Shown one piece after another: positions 55,592-64,000 of a stretch of 64,000 nt of DNA. Under the pieces are notes generated by a model that was given only the letters and a program-made list of their open reading frames with translations, was not told the DNA's origin and did not search any database. This stretch comes from Escherichia phage PECP20. Both the position numbers and the translations under genes were made by a program. The stretch lies in the sequence record OQ873415.1; one strand, given 5' to 3'. How positions within the stretch are numbered: position 1 is the first letter of the stretch; each line of letters opens with the position of its first letter.

Positions 55592-55953
55592 TATAGACTC
55601 TCAGTAAAGGTACGAGCGATAACGTCACGCTGCTGTTCCGGAGTCAGAGAGTTAAAGCGAACTGCATAACCGGATACACGGATGGTCAGCTGCGGATATT
55701 TTTCCGGATGCTTAACTGCATCTTCCAGAGTTTCACGACGCAGAACATTAACGTTCAGGTGTTGACCACCTTCAATTTTAACTTTAGGTTGATGTTCAAT
55801 TTCAATTTCGCGGGCATGTAAACCGTAGAAAATTTCCGGGTCTACAATAGCGTCTTCTTTAAAAGTCTTAGAGACAATAATCCGGGCTTGAGTACCGTCT
55901 TCAAAATAAATAGTGCCTTTGTGTGTGCCTTCAAGAATTTGATATGCTTTCAT
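55591..55953 (-). CDS. autonomous glycyl radical cofactor (GrcA/YfiD-like)
   Basis: 120 aa; C-terminal ~60 aa ([60 protein letters not shown]) match E. coli GrcA as recalled, including the RVSGY glycyl radical loop. Confidence 0.9.
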   Translation of the reverse strand: MKAYQILEGTHKGTIYFEDGTQARIIVSKTFKEDAIVDPEIFYGLHAREIEIEHQPKVKIEGGQHLNVNVLRRETLEDAVKHPEKYPQLTIRVSGYAVRFNSLTPEQQRDVIARTFTESL

Positions 55954-55959
55954 ATAACC

Positions 55960-56268
55960 TCAATTAGAAAATAAATTTATCCAAGTTTTTTCTTTAATCA
56001 AAAATGGGTCGGAATTAAACGCCATTAAACTTTGAGTGATTAATCCCTTAAATGGCCCATCAATAAATTCCATTTTGAAATGCGGAATACTAGTCATCAA
56101 CCGTGCATTAGGAGCAGTACAAAGAACCTGCTGCCCTGCGAACGGACCTTTAGTCAAACGGTATCGTTTAGGTTTAAAATGGTAAATCTCGTAATTTTCT
56201 ACAAGAGCCCTTTTATTGCATACTGGGCTGTTATAACAATACTCAAAAACTTCAATAGTGGTCATCAT
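55960..56268 (-). CDS. hypothetical protein (102 aa)
   Basis: ORF. Confidence 0.55.
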   Translation of the reverse strand: MMTTIEVFEYCYNSPVCNKRALVENYEIYHFKPKRYRLTKGPFAGQQVLCTAPNARLMTSIPHFKMEFIDGPFKGLITQSLMAFNSDPFLIKEKTWINLFSN

Positions 56269-56804
56269 TGCATTCCAATCACAAAAAATTGAGGACGAGC
56301 ATTACCGCCGATGCAATATTTGCTTTTGCAACAGTGTTGGACTGTTTTAATATGTACATTGTAAATCTTATCCATATCAGGAGCTTTAATAGGCTCGTCA
56401 ATTATATACAGAATACGAGAAAGCGTTAATCCACGGAATTTAGAACCTTCATTGCCAATAAAACTACGAACAGAATCAGTAAATAAACGGAATCGAATAT
56501 CGTCGCTAGAATAACGAGAAAATTCTTTTTTAATGTTGCCAGCAGAAATTTTAGAATAAGCTGAAGTATTAGAAAGAACAATAACTGTTCCACCATCATA
56601 CAGCCAATTAACAGCAAAATTAGTTACTGCGGTCGATTTACCTGATTGTCGGCCGCCGTCTAAACGAAGTGTACAGTACTGCTTGAGTACGTCTTCAAAC
56701 GGTGGGATATAACCGTTCTTACAAATTTCTTCTACTCTAGCATCAGAATGGTGTGTAAAAGCATTCATCAGGGATAGATAAGGTCCAGTTAAAAATGTTC
56801 TCAT
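56265..56804 (-). CDS. P-loop NTPase (179 aa)
   Basis: Walker A GGRQSGKST and Walker B YIIDEP. Confidence 0.65.
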   Translation of the reverse strand: MRTFLTGPYLSLMNAFTHHSDARVEEICKNGYIPPFEDVLKQYCTLRLDGGRQSGKSTAVTNFAVNWLYDGGTVIVLSNTSAYSKISAGNIKKEFSRYSSDDIRFRLFTDSVRSFIGNEGSKFRGLTLSRILYIIDEPIKAPDMDKIYNVHIKTVQHCCKSKYCIGGNARPQFFVIGMQ

Positions 56805-56976
56805 TTAGTTTCTCTTAAGGTTGGGGCCATTCCATGGCACATGTTAGGTCCTTCGACTCGCTATGTAAACCCATTACCGCATTGCGCTCGACCTTATTAC
56901 AGGTTGGAAAAGGTACATCACTCAGAGGACTCGACGTTCATGAGGAGAGGTTGCGTTTCCCTTTATTAGGCAAGAA

Positions 56977-57306
56977 TTATACTCTAGGCTTTTGAGCTTG
57001 TTTGGTATTGGATTCCCATGTGGCTTTGGTAATTTTGTTAGCGGCATAACCAAAGGCATTAGATAGAACACCTTTAGAGTTGAATACATCCAATCCAATA
57101 AGTACACCGGCTGTGTTAAATTTAGGAGCAAAGTACGCATTAGTTTTAGAAAGAGCTTTTTTCAATTCAGGGTCTTGAACCAAGTCATCAAAAACGCCTT
57201 TACTATTTACTTTATATGTTACTTTGGGATTTTTACTTTCTTCGATAGCAGCTTTCTGTTCCGCAGATAATGTAACTTCAGTGATAAACTCTTGATATGT
57301 TTTCAT
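56977..57306 (-). CDS. capsid internal protein with capsid targeting sequence
   Basis: ATG at 57306 gives N-terminus MKTYQEFITE, the T4 internal-protein targeting consensus; Lys/Ala-rich body. Confidence 0.7.
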   Translation of the reverse strand: MKTYQEFITEVTLSAEQKAAIEESKNPKVTYKVNSKGVFDDLVQDPELKKALSKTNAYFAPKFNTAGVLIGLDVFNSKGVLSNAFGYAANKITKATWESNTKQAQKPRV

Positions 57307-57313
57307 TTTTTCC

Positions 57314-57727
57314 TTAGTAAATTGATTTACCATAGTATTTGTACCAAGTCGGACGTTGAGCAATTTTTTCATCTAAGCGTGCTTGACTTATCGCAATGGA
57401 CACTTCGGACGGGACATAATTATTACGAAATTCGGCAGGAATGTCGGAAATATCCTGGACTGTCGTGTCCTTGATTTTGAAACCACGTTTCAAACATTCA
57501 GCGATTAGCTCGATTTGTCGTAAACGTAAAAATTCAAGTTTGTCGTAAAAGAATGTTACGTGACCTGTGCCTAAGATAAATGTTGGAGAGATTTTAAAAT
57601 CCTTTACACGTTTACCGTTTTGAACATGTTTACGGACTGCACCAAATACGCGTGGTAATTCACGATACTCAGCCATAAGATGTTGGTCGGACAGTTCAGA
57701 AACAAGTGTTAAATTGATACGAGTCAT
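57314..57727 (-). CDS. denV: endonuclease V (pyrimidine dimer DNA glycosylase)
   Basis: Near-identical to T4 DenV as recalled ([12 protein letters not shown]...); start at ATG 57727. Confidence 0.95.
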   Translation of the reverse strand: MTRINLTLVSELSDQHLMAEYRELPRVFGAVRKHVQNGKRVKDFKISPTFILGTGHVTFFYDKLEFLRLRQIELIAECLKRGFKIKDTTVQDISDIPAEFRNNYVPSEVSIAISQARLDEKIAQRPTWYKYYGKSIY

Positions 57728-57785
57728 AATTTCCTCCAAGTAGTTGATGAATGTATAGTATCAAAACCCTTGGAGGAAGTAAACA

Positions 57786-58067
57786 CTATTTTTCTGAAGC
57801 GCCTGAAATATATTTTTCAAGACGTTGTTTCATCAGCGAGCCGTTCTTAGCGATTTCTTCTGGTTTATCGCACATACGCAACAAGGCTTCAAGCTTAGCG
57901 ATATCGCTGGTACGTTCAAATTTGCGAGTATCTATCTTACTAGCAAGTTCAGAAATACGTGCTAATAGACTTTCAGCTTCAACCAAAGCTGCACCTAGCT
58001 TAGTTGCAAATGTGTCAGTAGCTTCGTTAAGAATAGATTCTGATAAAAATTCACTATATGTTTTCAT
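57786..58067 (-). CDS. capsid internal protein with capsid targeting sequence
   Basis: ATG at 58067 gives [10 protein letters not shown]; ATGA overlap with lysozyme stop. Confidence 0.7.
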   Translation of the reverse strand: MKTYSEFLSESILNEATDTFATKLGAALVEAESLLARISELASKIDTRKFERTSDIAKLEALLRMCDKPEEIAKNGSLMKQRLEKYISGASEK

Positions 58068-58552
58068 ATATACGCTTTCCAAGTTCCTGTTTTAAATGTT
58101 GAGATTACGCGTTTCGCGCGATTAGGTGTCTGACGATACCATTTAGATTGAGCTAGATTTACTGCCGCTTCATCCCAACGTTTCTGTTTAAGCATACGAA
58201 GAGAATTAGTAAAACCGGCGACTCCTGCTACACCCATTTGGAAGACCATATTGACCAATGCACACCGACGAACTGCATCTAAAGAATCATATACCGGTTT
58301 AAGTTTAGCATTACCCAAGATTCCGCGAACGGCTTTATCGACGTCTTCATTAAATAGCTTTTCAGCCTCATCAAGGGTAATTGTACCGTTGCATTTACGA
58401 CCGATCATTCTGTCAAGTTCAGCTTTAGCTACGGCTAAAGACTGGTTCTTTGTTACCAAGTGGCCTATGCCAATCGTCCAAAAGCCTTCAGTGTCTTTGT
58501 ATAAAGTCAGTCTAAGACCTTCGTCATTACGAAGCATTTCAAATATATTCAT
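58064..58552 (-). CDS. e: lysozyme (endolysin, T4 e type)
   Basis: [32 protein letters not shown] matches T4 lysozyme as recalled; start at ATG 58552. Confidence 0.95.
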   Translation of the reverse strand: MNIFEMLRNDEGLRLTLYKDTEGFWTIGIGHLVTKNQSLAVAKAELDRMIGRKCNGTITLDEAEKLFNEDVDKAVRGILGNAKLKPVYDSLDAVRRCALVNMVFQMGVAGVAGFTNSLRMLKQKRWDEAAVNLAQSKWYRQTPNRAKRVISTFKTGTWKAYI

Positions 58553-58556
58553 AATA

Positions 58557-58576
58557 CCTCCCACGTTTATAGGAGG
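58557..58576 (-). promoter_or_regulatory. SD-sequestering hairpin upstream of lysozyme gene
   Basis: Minus RNA CCUCC-UAUAAACGU-GGGAGG, where GGGAGG is the SD 5 nt before ATG; TAATAAATA just upstream. Confidence 0.5.
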
Positions 58577-58586
58577 TATTTATTAC

Positions 58587-59045
58587 TTATAGGATGGTAG
58601 TGAGCACCTTATATAATGATTTGCCCATTACATATTCCCATTGAGAAGGTTTAATTAAAGCGAATGCATCAAATTCAGGAATCTGTCGTCCGTCTGGGAA
58701 TGTATGATAGGAATTACAAACACTGTTTCTGAATTGCTCGTGCTCTACAGGGATGGTATATAGGAACAGATGAATATTCTTATTATCTGAGTAATGATGT
58801 TCACCTAGGTCTTTCAGGAAGACAGGGTCATATTGTGTAAACCCAGTTTCTTCTTCGCATTCACGAATAGCGGCTTCAATAGGAGATTCGCCAGGTTCGA
58901 CATGGTCTTTAGGAATATCCCACCGATGAGCTAAAGAACCTTTAGGACGAGAACCAGTTACACGACCCATGAATAACTCTTTATCTTTTGTCATGAAGAT
59001 AATACCGGCTGATAGTTCTTTCACTTTATTTTTCTTACTCATCAT
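58587..59045 (-). CDS. nudE: Nudix hydrolase
   Basis: 152 aa; Nudix box GESPIEAAIRECEEETGF; position downstream of e as T4 nudE. Confidence 0.8.
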   Translation of the reverse strand: MMSKKNKVKELSAGIIFMTKDKELFMGRVTGSRPKGSLAHRWDIPKDHVEPGESPIEAAIRECEEETGFTQYDPVFLKDLGEHHYSDNKNIHLFLYTIPVEHEQFRNSVCNSYHTFPDGRQIPEFDAFALIKPSQWEYVMGKSLYKVLTTIL

Positions 59046-59286
59046 ATCGGTCCCATGATTTGGCCATCAATTCGGACATAAATTCTTCAATGCGCGTTTC
59101 TTTAGATGGACTTTCACTATTAGAGACCGCAAGTTTGTAATCTGCAATAGGACAGAACATATCAAGGTCCATATTAAGATCGTCTTTGATTTTTTCTTCT
59201 GACACATCTTTATCATACGTGTACAGATAACTATCGCATGATTCTGATTTAATGTAAATTGCTATACTCATCTCAAATTCCTGCAT
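59035..59286 (-). CDS. hypothetical acidic protein (83 aa)
   Basis: ORF. Confidence 0.5.
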   Translation of the reverse strand: MQEFEMSIAIYIKSESCDSYLYTYDKDVSEEKIKDDLNMDLDMFCPIADYKLAVSNSESPSKETRIEEFMSELMAKSWDRYDE

Positions 59287-59759
59287 TCGGTAATAAAACG
59301 TTCAACTTCGTTATTCTTGGCCTTTATCTTGTCTTTACGTTCCTGTAAACTACTTTTAACAAGATTAATAATGATGGCGGCGGTACCGCCGCCAATGATG
59401 CCACCAACAACACTTACGATACTAGATGCTAATAAGATAGCAATAATATCAACAAAACCGAAAGAACTCACCTTAGTACTGAAAAACCATACCGACGGTA
59501 CAAATATAATCCATCCTGTTATCCATTGGCACTTATTGAAAAACTTTTCAAGCTCAGCTTGAGTTGTTCGTATTACTTCATCGATAGGTTGATATCCATT
59601 AATGTATCTGTTCACGATAATACCTGCTGGCTGGTCGATTTTAAATTCTTGGCAAATACGTTTCACTAAGTAGGATGGACATCCTGTCCAATCCACTGAA
59701 TAGTACGAAATACCTTCGTTGCCATCGTCTATATTAGACCAATATGTTTTGTTAATCAT
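59268..59759 (-). CDS. membrane protein with C-terminal ERFITECR motif (163 aa)
   Basis: Central TM helices; C-terminal motif shared with 60447..60752 and 63113..63472. Confidence 0.6.
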   Translation of the reverse strand: MINKTYWSNIDDGNEGISYYSVDWTGCPSYLVKRICQEFKIDQPAGIIVNRYINGYQPIDEVIRTTQAELEKFFNKCQWITGWIIFVPSVWFFSTKVSSFGFVDIIAILLASSIVSVVGGIIGGGTAAIIINLVKSSLQERKDKIKAKNNEVERFITECRNLR

Positions 59760-60445
59760 TACCAGCCTTCCATAGGGAATTCCAGATAAACTTGAGCATT
59801 GACACGAATTTCATTGGTAATCTTTTTAACTCGGTCTGTATTACGAGATACACGTCCGAACCAACGCCATCCATTACTAATTGCACGAGAACCAGTGTGC
59901 CATGTTTGCCAATCAAACTGAAGAAGAGTACGGTCCGGAGCTTCCCATTTCTCTAGTTCACCTTTTTCAATTTTTTCGAGGACTTCTTTGTGCCACTGGC
60001 GATAGATAAGTTCGCCATCAGGAATCTGACTGAACTCTGCAGTTCCTGTTGCAAAATGAGTAGGACACACATCAGCGTTAACAAGACCAAGAATATGTTC
60101 AGACAAATAGCGAGGATTGTCATAGTCAGGTTGTCCTGCAGTAATAAAATGTTGACCAACCGGAATATCCGGGCGTGGTACGTCATCATGGTGATAACCA
60201 GGAATAGCAGGATACCAACCAGGCATCAGCATATGGACTCGTGAATCAAATACTACATCTGAGTCTTTCCAATCGTCAGGGAGATTTTGGATAAAGCTAC
60301 GAGTAATTGGACCGCCGTTATCAAAAGCAAAATTCAAATCGCAATTAAAGAACATAGGCTCGTTTTTAATCTGGTCATTTTTAATCGCATGAGCAAAACC
60401 ACCTACTGCACGAGCTTGACTATTAAACACTTTAGAACTATTCAT
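59759..60445 (-). CDS. hypothetical protein (228 aa)
   Basis: ORF; His/Asp/Trp-rich; no family assigned. Confidence 0.65.
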   Translation of the reverse strand: MNSSKVFNSQARAVGGFAHAIKNDQIKNEPMFFNCDLNFAFDNGGPITRSFIQNLPDDWKDSDVVFDSRVHMLMPGWYPAIPGYHHDDVPRPDIPVGQHFITAGQPDYDNPRYLSEHILGLVNADVCPTHFATGTAEFSQIPDGELIYRQWHKEVLEKIEKGELEKWEAPDRTLLQFDWQTWHTGSRAISNGWRWFGRVSRNTDRVKKITNEIRVNAQVYLEFPMEGW

Positions 60446-60446
60446 A

Positions 60447-60752
60447 TTATTTTCCTCGACATTCTTTAATGAAATTTTCTAGATTGGTAGATTCAATAGC
60501 TTTTTTACGAGCTTCTGCGTGTTCTTCTTCAGACAATTTACATTTATAATTGACCCAGACGTTATGGTCGAAACTAGTCGTGGCATATAATAACAATGCT
60601 CCAACGAATAGCAAAAACGGCGATAAGAATACAAAACCAGGAACACCATCCATACTGTAAGCCTTTTGTAATACTGCAACAGAAAGAGCTGCGTAAAAAA
60701 GTGATACAAATATTGTTAAAAGACCAATTCGGTTGGTTTCGCCTAATTTCAT
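60447..60752 (-). CDS. membrane protein with C-terminal ENFIKECR motif (101 aa)
   Basis: Two TM helices; C-terminus LENFIKECRGK. Confidence 0.6.
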   Translation of the reverse strand: MKLGETNRIGLLTIFVSLFYAALSVAVLQKAYSMDGVPGFVFLSPFLLFVGALLLYATTSFDHNVWVNYKCKLSEEEHAEARKKAIESTNLENFIKECRGK

Positions 60753-60810
60753 AATATTCTCCTCATGTTTTAATAGGACTACTATAACATAGTCCTATCA
60801 GTTTGTACAC

Positions 60811-61029
60811 TTATTTTGACATTTCTTCGATGTCACGACGATACCCATCACGAACTTCACGAAGAGCTTCAAGGCCACACATAGGCTCGATACCAGTAAT
60901 GTGAACTTGATTAATCTGATACTCTACATCTTCTAACTGAGCGAAAACATAACGACGTTCTGCTGCACAACCAGGTTTAGCTTTACCGAAACGTTTATTC
61001 AAAGTAGTCATTTTTATATCTCCATTCAC
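60811..61029 (-). CDS. hypothetical protein (72 aa)
   Basis: ORF. Confidence 0.5.
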   Translation of the reverse strand: MNGDIKMTTLNKRFGKAKPGCAAERRYVFAQLEDVEYQINQVHITGIEPMCGLEALREVRDGYRRDIEEMSK

Positions 61030-61091
61030 TCATTTGTTTTGATAGGTCTATAGTATCAACAACTACAGACCTTGTAAACTGTTTTGTGAAA

Positions 61092-62048
61092 TTATTTGAA
61101 AGGTTTTACCATATGAAAGTTTTGTTTGAAACGCTTGACGTAATCGTCGTGTCCTAAGCTTTGGTACATACTTACTACTTTGTTATAATTTTCCCAAGCG
61201 AACTCACGGAACCATCCTGATGTGATTGATGTACAGACCTTTTCAAGGGCCATCATAAAACTATCACGTGGATGGATTTCAAAGTTATTAGGAATCTGAG
61301 AACGTTCTAACGCTAGTACACATGATTCTTCGTATACGCCGGCCAATTTGACCATTTCTGGTAATGATTCGAACTTCTCGCGTGAGGTCATGACTTCAGA
61401 ACCATCTTTCATATAAAATGTATACGCTGGACGGTCTGTTAGTGCAATGGCTTCATGAATAGTATCATGGTCATATGTATAGATGTCATCTTTAAAGAAC
61501 GCACTTTTAGAAGTGTCAAGAACTGGGTGAGCATAATTCAAGGTTTCTTTCTGGCGTTTCAGCATAATTTCAGTAAGTTCATCGTTCAGTGTAACACCTT
61601 TACCACGAAGATACTGAATATGGTTCATAGTCTTTAAAAAGAATGGATTATTTTTCTTGAAACGATGAGACATCTTAATTGCAAGACATATCTCAGGAGT
61701 TGCCCAGTAAAACCCGTTCAAACGGTCTTTAGTCAAATTTTTCTTGGCGTATTTTAAAAGGTCATAAGAAGACGTGAAATCTTCAGGAGTGAGTTCACCG
61801 ACTAGTTCGCGAACGTTAGTGATAGCCGGAACGATGTATGCTTCAAAATGAGTTTCGCGTCCATTATGGAAGCATTTGAAAACTTGGACATCAGGGTTAT
61901 CTTGGTGAACATATACACCCATCATTTGATTTTTGAATGCATTCCAAGAACCTTGGTCCGCAATAAAGTCCCAATCACTATTTTTAATAGCGCTAGAATC
62001 AATAAGACCGTGATAGTGAAGTGCACGAGAACCAATAACTAACATCAT
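61092..62048 (-). CDS. hypothetical protein, possible nucleotidyltransferase-like N-terminus (318 aa)
   Basis: N-terminal VIGSRALHYHG...SDWDF loosely resembles GS...D-x-D nucleotidyltransferase signature; weak. Confidence 0.65.
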   Translation of the reverse strand: MMLVIGSRALHYHGLIDSSAIKNSDWDFIADQGSWNAFKNQMMGVYVHQDNPDVQVFKCFHNGRETHFEAYIVPAITNVRELVGELTPEDFTSSYDLLKYAKKNLTKDRLNGFYWATPEICLAIKMSHRFKKNNPFFLKTMNHIQYLRGKGVTLNDELTEIMLKRQKETLNYAHPVLDTSKSAFFKDDIYTYDHDTIHEAIALTDRPAYTFYMKDGSEVMTSREKFESLPEMVKLAGVYEESCVLALERSQIPNNFEIHPRDSFMMALEKVCTSITSGWFREFAWENYNKVVSMYQSLGHDDYVKRFKQNFHMVKPFK

Positions 62049-62076
62049 AATATTTTCCTCGGATTAATTCATTAAC

Positions 62077-62328
62077 TTAAATTTCACGACATGCGATATT
62101 ATATTCATCCCAGAGGTCATCATGTGAAGCCTCTACCAATGGAACGATTGTACCGTTTATGTCTTCATTATAAGGGCAAATTGTACAGTGCGCATCTTCG
62201 AATCGGATGCCTTTGTGTTCAGATTTTTTATAACGCATATCGAATATCTTTGCAAACTTTTCACGAGTAATGGTTTTACCAACCACTTTGGTTCCGATAC
62301 TTTCGTAATAAATCATTGTGGACTCCAT
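62077..62328 (-). CDS. Cys/His-containing small protein (83 aa)
   Basis: ORF preceded by promoter cassette at 62334-62374. Confidence 0.55.
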   Translation of the reverse strand: MESTMIYYESIGTKVVGKTITREKFAKIFDMRYKKSEHKGIRFEDAHCTICPYNEDINGTIVPLVEASHDDLWDEYNIACREI

Positions 62329-62378
62329 TTGTTTTGATAGGACTACTATAACATAGCCCTATCTTGTTGTAAACTGTT

Positions 62379-62576
62379 TTAGCAAGAATAACTAGATGAT
62401 ACCCAGCCTTGAACAGTGATACTATTGTGGGATAATGAGATCGCGTCCTGGAGATTCAGACCTGCGTTATCTTCAATCCATAATGTAACTTCTTCGCGTT
62501 CTTCTGCTGCAATTTGGAACAGGTTTTCCAGAGCAGCTACTGCCGTACGTACAGCACAATCTAATTCACGAGACAT
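62379..62576 (-). CDS. small protein ending W-x-SSS-x-x-C (65 aa)
   Basis: C-terminus GWVSSSYSC; tandem paralog family. Confidence 0.5.
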   Translation of the reverse strand: MSRELDCAVRTAVAALENLFQIAAEEREEVTLWIEDNAGLNLQDAISLSHNSITVQGWVSSSYSC

Positions 62577-62585
62577 ATTGTTTCC

Positions 62586-62813
62586 TTAGCAAGACATAGA
62601 GGAAGAGAACCAGAAACCTTTGCCTTCCGGAATTCCATAATCGTTACGGATCCAGCCATATTCATCATATTCTGAACTGGTCGCCGGAATATATCGGTTA
62701 AGTCCTTCAGCATACACATGAAAATACTCGCCGGTTTTATCAGCTAATTGTTGGCCTTCACAGATTAGTGCTCGAATTTGGTCTTCAATTTCTTTAACGG
62801 TTTTAGTGGTCAT
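62586..62813 (-). CDS. small protein ending W-x-SSS-x-x-C (75 aa)
   Basis: C-terminus FWFSSSMSC. Confidence 0.5.
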   Translation of the reverse strand: MTTKTVKEIEDQIRALICEGQQLADKTGEYFHVYAEGLNRYIPATSSEYDEYGWIRNDYGIPEGKGFWFSSSMSC

Positions 62814-62822
62814 TTTATTTCC

Positions 62823-63116
62823 TTAACATATTTGAGAAGAGGAGATCCATACACCGGAAGTAACGATACCATTTTCGTCAACTTCACCGCCATAGTTTTC
62901 AATTTCATCGCGCATCCAGCGACTACATTCATAACCAACAGGATAGTAAGTACGACCTGAACCATATTCACCTACATCAAATGAAACACCATACTTATCT
63001 GCGATAATAGTAGCTTCATTCTCGATATGGTCTTGAGCACGAAGAAGTTTGCTGATTGCTTCTTCTGCAGATTTAGCGTCATTGTATTCAGGGATTACGA
63101 TTTCAATTTTACTCAT
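62823..63116 (-). CDS. small protein ending W-x-SSS-x-x-C (97 aa)
   Basis: C-terminus VWISSSQIC. Confidence 0.5.
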   Translation of the reverse strand: MSKIEIVIPEYNDAKSAEEAISKLLRAQDHIENEATIIADKYGVSFDVGEYGSGRTYYPVGYECSRWMRDEIENYGGEVDENGIVTSGVWISSSQIC

Positions 63117-63472
63117 TTTCTACATTCCTTAATAAAGTTTTCGATTGTTTCATTTTCACGTTTAGCTAGGAGTTCATTATAACTAATCATTTGAGAAGCG
63201 TAAACCTTTTTATTTTTCTTGTTGTGGTTTATAAAATCGTAGTAAAAATAGACTACAGTACAAAATGATGCGATGGATGCAAAGGCTTGGGTATACCGTA
63301 AGTCCTGCCATTGGTCTGTGAATCCACCAGTGTTCCCTATAAATCCTAACACAACGCCGTCAATAAGAAATCCAACTAATCCAAAGGCAAATCCCATGCC
63401 AATACTCATAATAAAAATTAGAATGTTCTCACCAAGAGAAGGCCATACGGTTAAGAGTTGAGGCTTTTGCAT
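63113..63472 (-). CDS. membrane protein with C-terminal ENFIKECR motif (119 aa)
   Basis: TM helices; C-terminus IENFIKECRK. Confidence 0.6.
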   Translation of the reverse strand: MQKPQLLTVWPSLGENILIFIMSIGMGFAFGLVGFLIDGVVLGFIGNTGGFTDQWQDLRYTQAFASIASFCTVVYFYYDFINHNKKNKKVYASQMISYNELLAKRENETIENFIKECRK

Positions 63473-63825
63473 CTTATTTCCTTAACGAATTCCATAGCTT
63501 CTTCATATTCATACTTTTTAACAGCTTCATCATACTGAGCTTGGGCTTTTGCGCACTGAACTTTCCATTCTCTTAATCGGGCTCTGTGATGACGGCCTTG
63601 GTGCCAATATCCTACCCAATTAATAGGCATTAATAAAAACGGTACAATAAGTGGTGCGACGAACATTAATGAAAATGCTGCATCAGACGATATAACTTCA
63701 CTAGAATCTAAAACAGCTCCTATAATCATAAAGATTAAAAATGCTAAAGCTAAAATAGGACCAAATAATACTTCATACGGGATTAATTTACGTTTGTATT
63801 CGTAGGCCCAGGGCTTACTTGGCAT
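63451..63825 (-). CDS. membrane protein (124 aa)
   Basis: ATG at 63825 (MPSKPWAY) chosen; overlaps the stop of the partial gene upstream; track start 63876. Confidence 0.5.
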   Translation of the reverse strand: MPSKPWAYEYKRKLIPYEVLFGPILALAFLIFMIIGAVLDSSEVISSDAAFSLMFVAPLIVPFLLMPINWVGYWHQGRHHRARLREWKVQCAKAQAQYDEAVKKYEYEEAMEFVKEIRCKSLNS

Positions 63826-64000
63826 GTATAGGGTTGGCTTTGACATATTCTCTACATTCCATAATAAATTGCTCAAGGATTAAATTGTTAGTGAAATTAG
63901 GACTAACAACCATAGTTTCATAAAGCGCATCAATAGCACTTAAAGCATCAACTCTTTTAAGCAAAGGCTTGCCTTCATACATAGTTTCAGAATCGATGAT
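63815..64000 (-). CDS. hypothetical protein, partial (C-terminal 61 codons; N-terminus beyond window end), FIMECR motif
   Basis: Open frame from window edge to TAA at 63817-63815; C-terminus ...EQFIMECREYVKANPIHAK resembles the ENFIKECR family. Confidence 0.4.
   Translation of the reverse strand: MIDSETMYEGKPLLKRVDALSAIDALYETMVVSPNFTNNLILEQFIMECREYVKANPIHAK

Noticed and set aside
56922-57140. ORF 56922..57140 spanning the GC-rich intergenic region into the internal-protein gene
   Set aside because: Overlaps the well-supported internal protein gene in another frame and has an implausible hydrophobic/Pro-rich composition.
58578-58586. TAATAAATA upstream of lysozyme gene as a late promoter
   Set aside because: One mismatch from the TATAAATA core; kept only as a remark within the hairpin feature rather than as a separate promoter call.
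1-64000. CRISPR arrays, tRNA/rRNA genes, IS elements, integrases, homing endonuclease genes
   Set aside because: No regularly spaced direct repeats, no recognisable tRNA T-arm/D-arm consensus in intergenic regions, and no transposase, integrase or complete GIY-YIG/HNH endonuclease ORFs were seen; the only HNH-like motif is the degenerate one in 4623..5369.

Overview
This window reads as a contiguous early/middle-gene block of a T4-like (T-even type) Escherichia phage. Almost every gene is on the minus strand and the order is syntenic with T4: dexA, dda, modA/modB, soc, 56, 61, 41, 40-slot, uvsX, 42, 43, regA, 62, 44, 45, rpbA-slot, 46, 47, 55, nrdH-like, nrdG, nrdD, 49, nrdC, tk, regB, denV, e, nudE. 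The DNA polymerase matches, from memory, the RB69-type gp43, so this is probably RB69 or a close relative; no search was run. The main departure from T4 is that the glucosyltransferase slots are replaced. Where T4 has beta-gt (uvsX to 42) and imm (42 to 43) there is a thymidylate-kinase-like kinase, two orphan proteins, a HAD phosphatase, a fused nucleotidyltransferase/kinase and an arabinose-5-phosphate-isomerase-like SIS protein. alpha-gt is absent between 47 and 55. With dCTPase (56) and a gene 42 homolog retained, I infer a hydroxymethylcytosine hypermodification system that uses a phage-made NDP-pentose (most likely arabinose) rather than UDP-glucose. This is inference from motifs and synteny, not demonstrated. 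Other points of interest: the gene 43 translational operator, UUCG-tetraloop hairpins after genes, a repeated early-promoter cassette with palindromes, hairpins that sequester ribosome binding sites, a GrcA-like glycyl radical protein apparently taken from the host, a macro-domain protein alongside the ModA/ModB ADP-ribosyltransferases, and several small paralog families with conserved C-terminal motifs. No rRNA, tRNA, CRISPR array or transposable element was seen. Coordinates of short motifs were counted by hand and may be off by 1-2 nt. Several ORF-track starts are GTG/TTG codons; where an in-frame ATG fits the homolog or the upstream stop, the start was adjusted.
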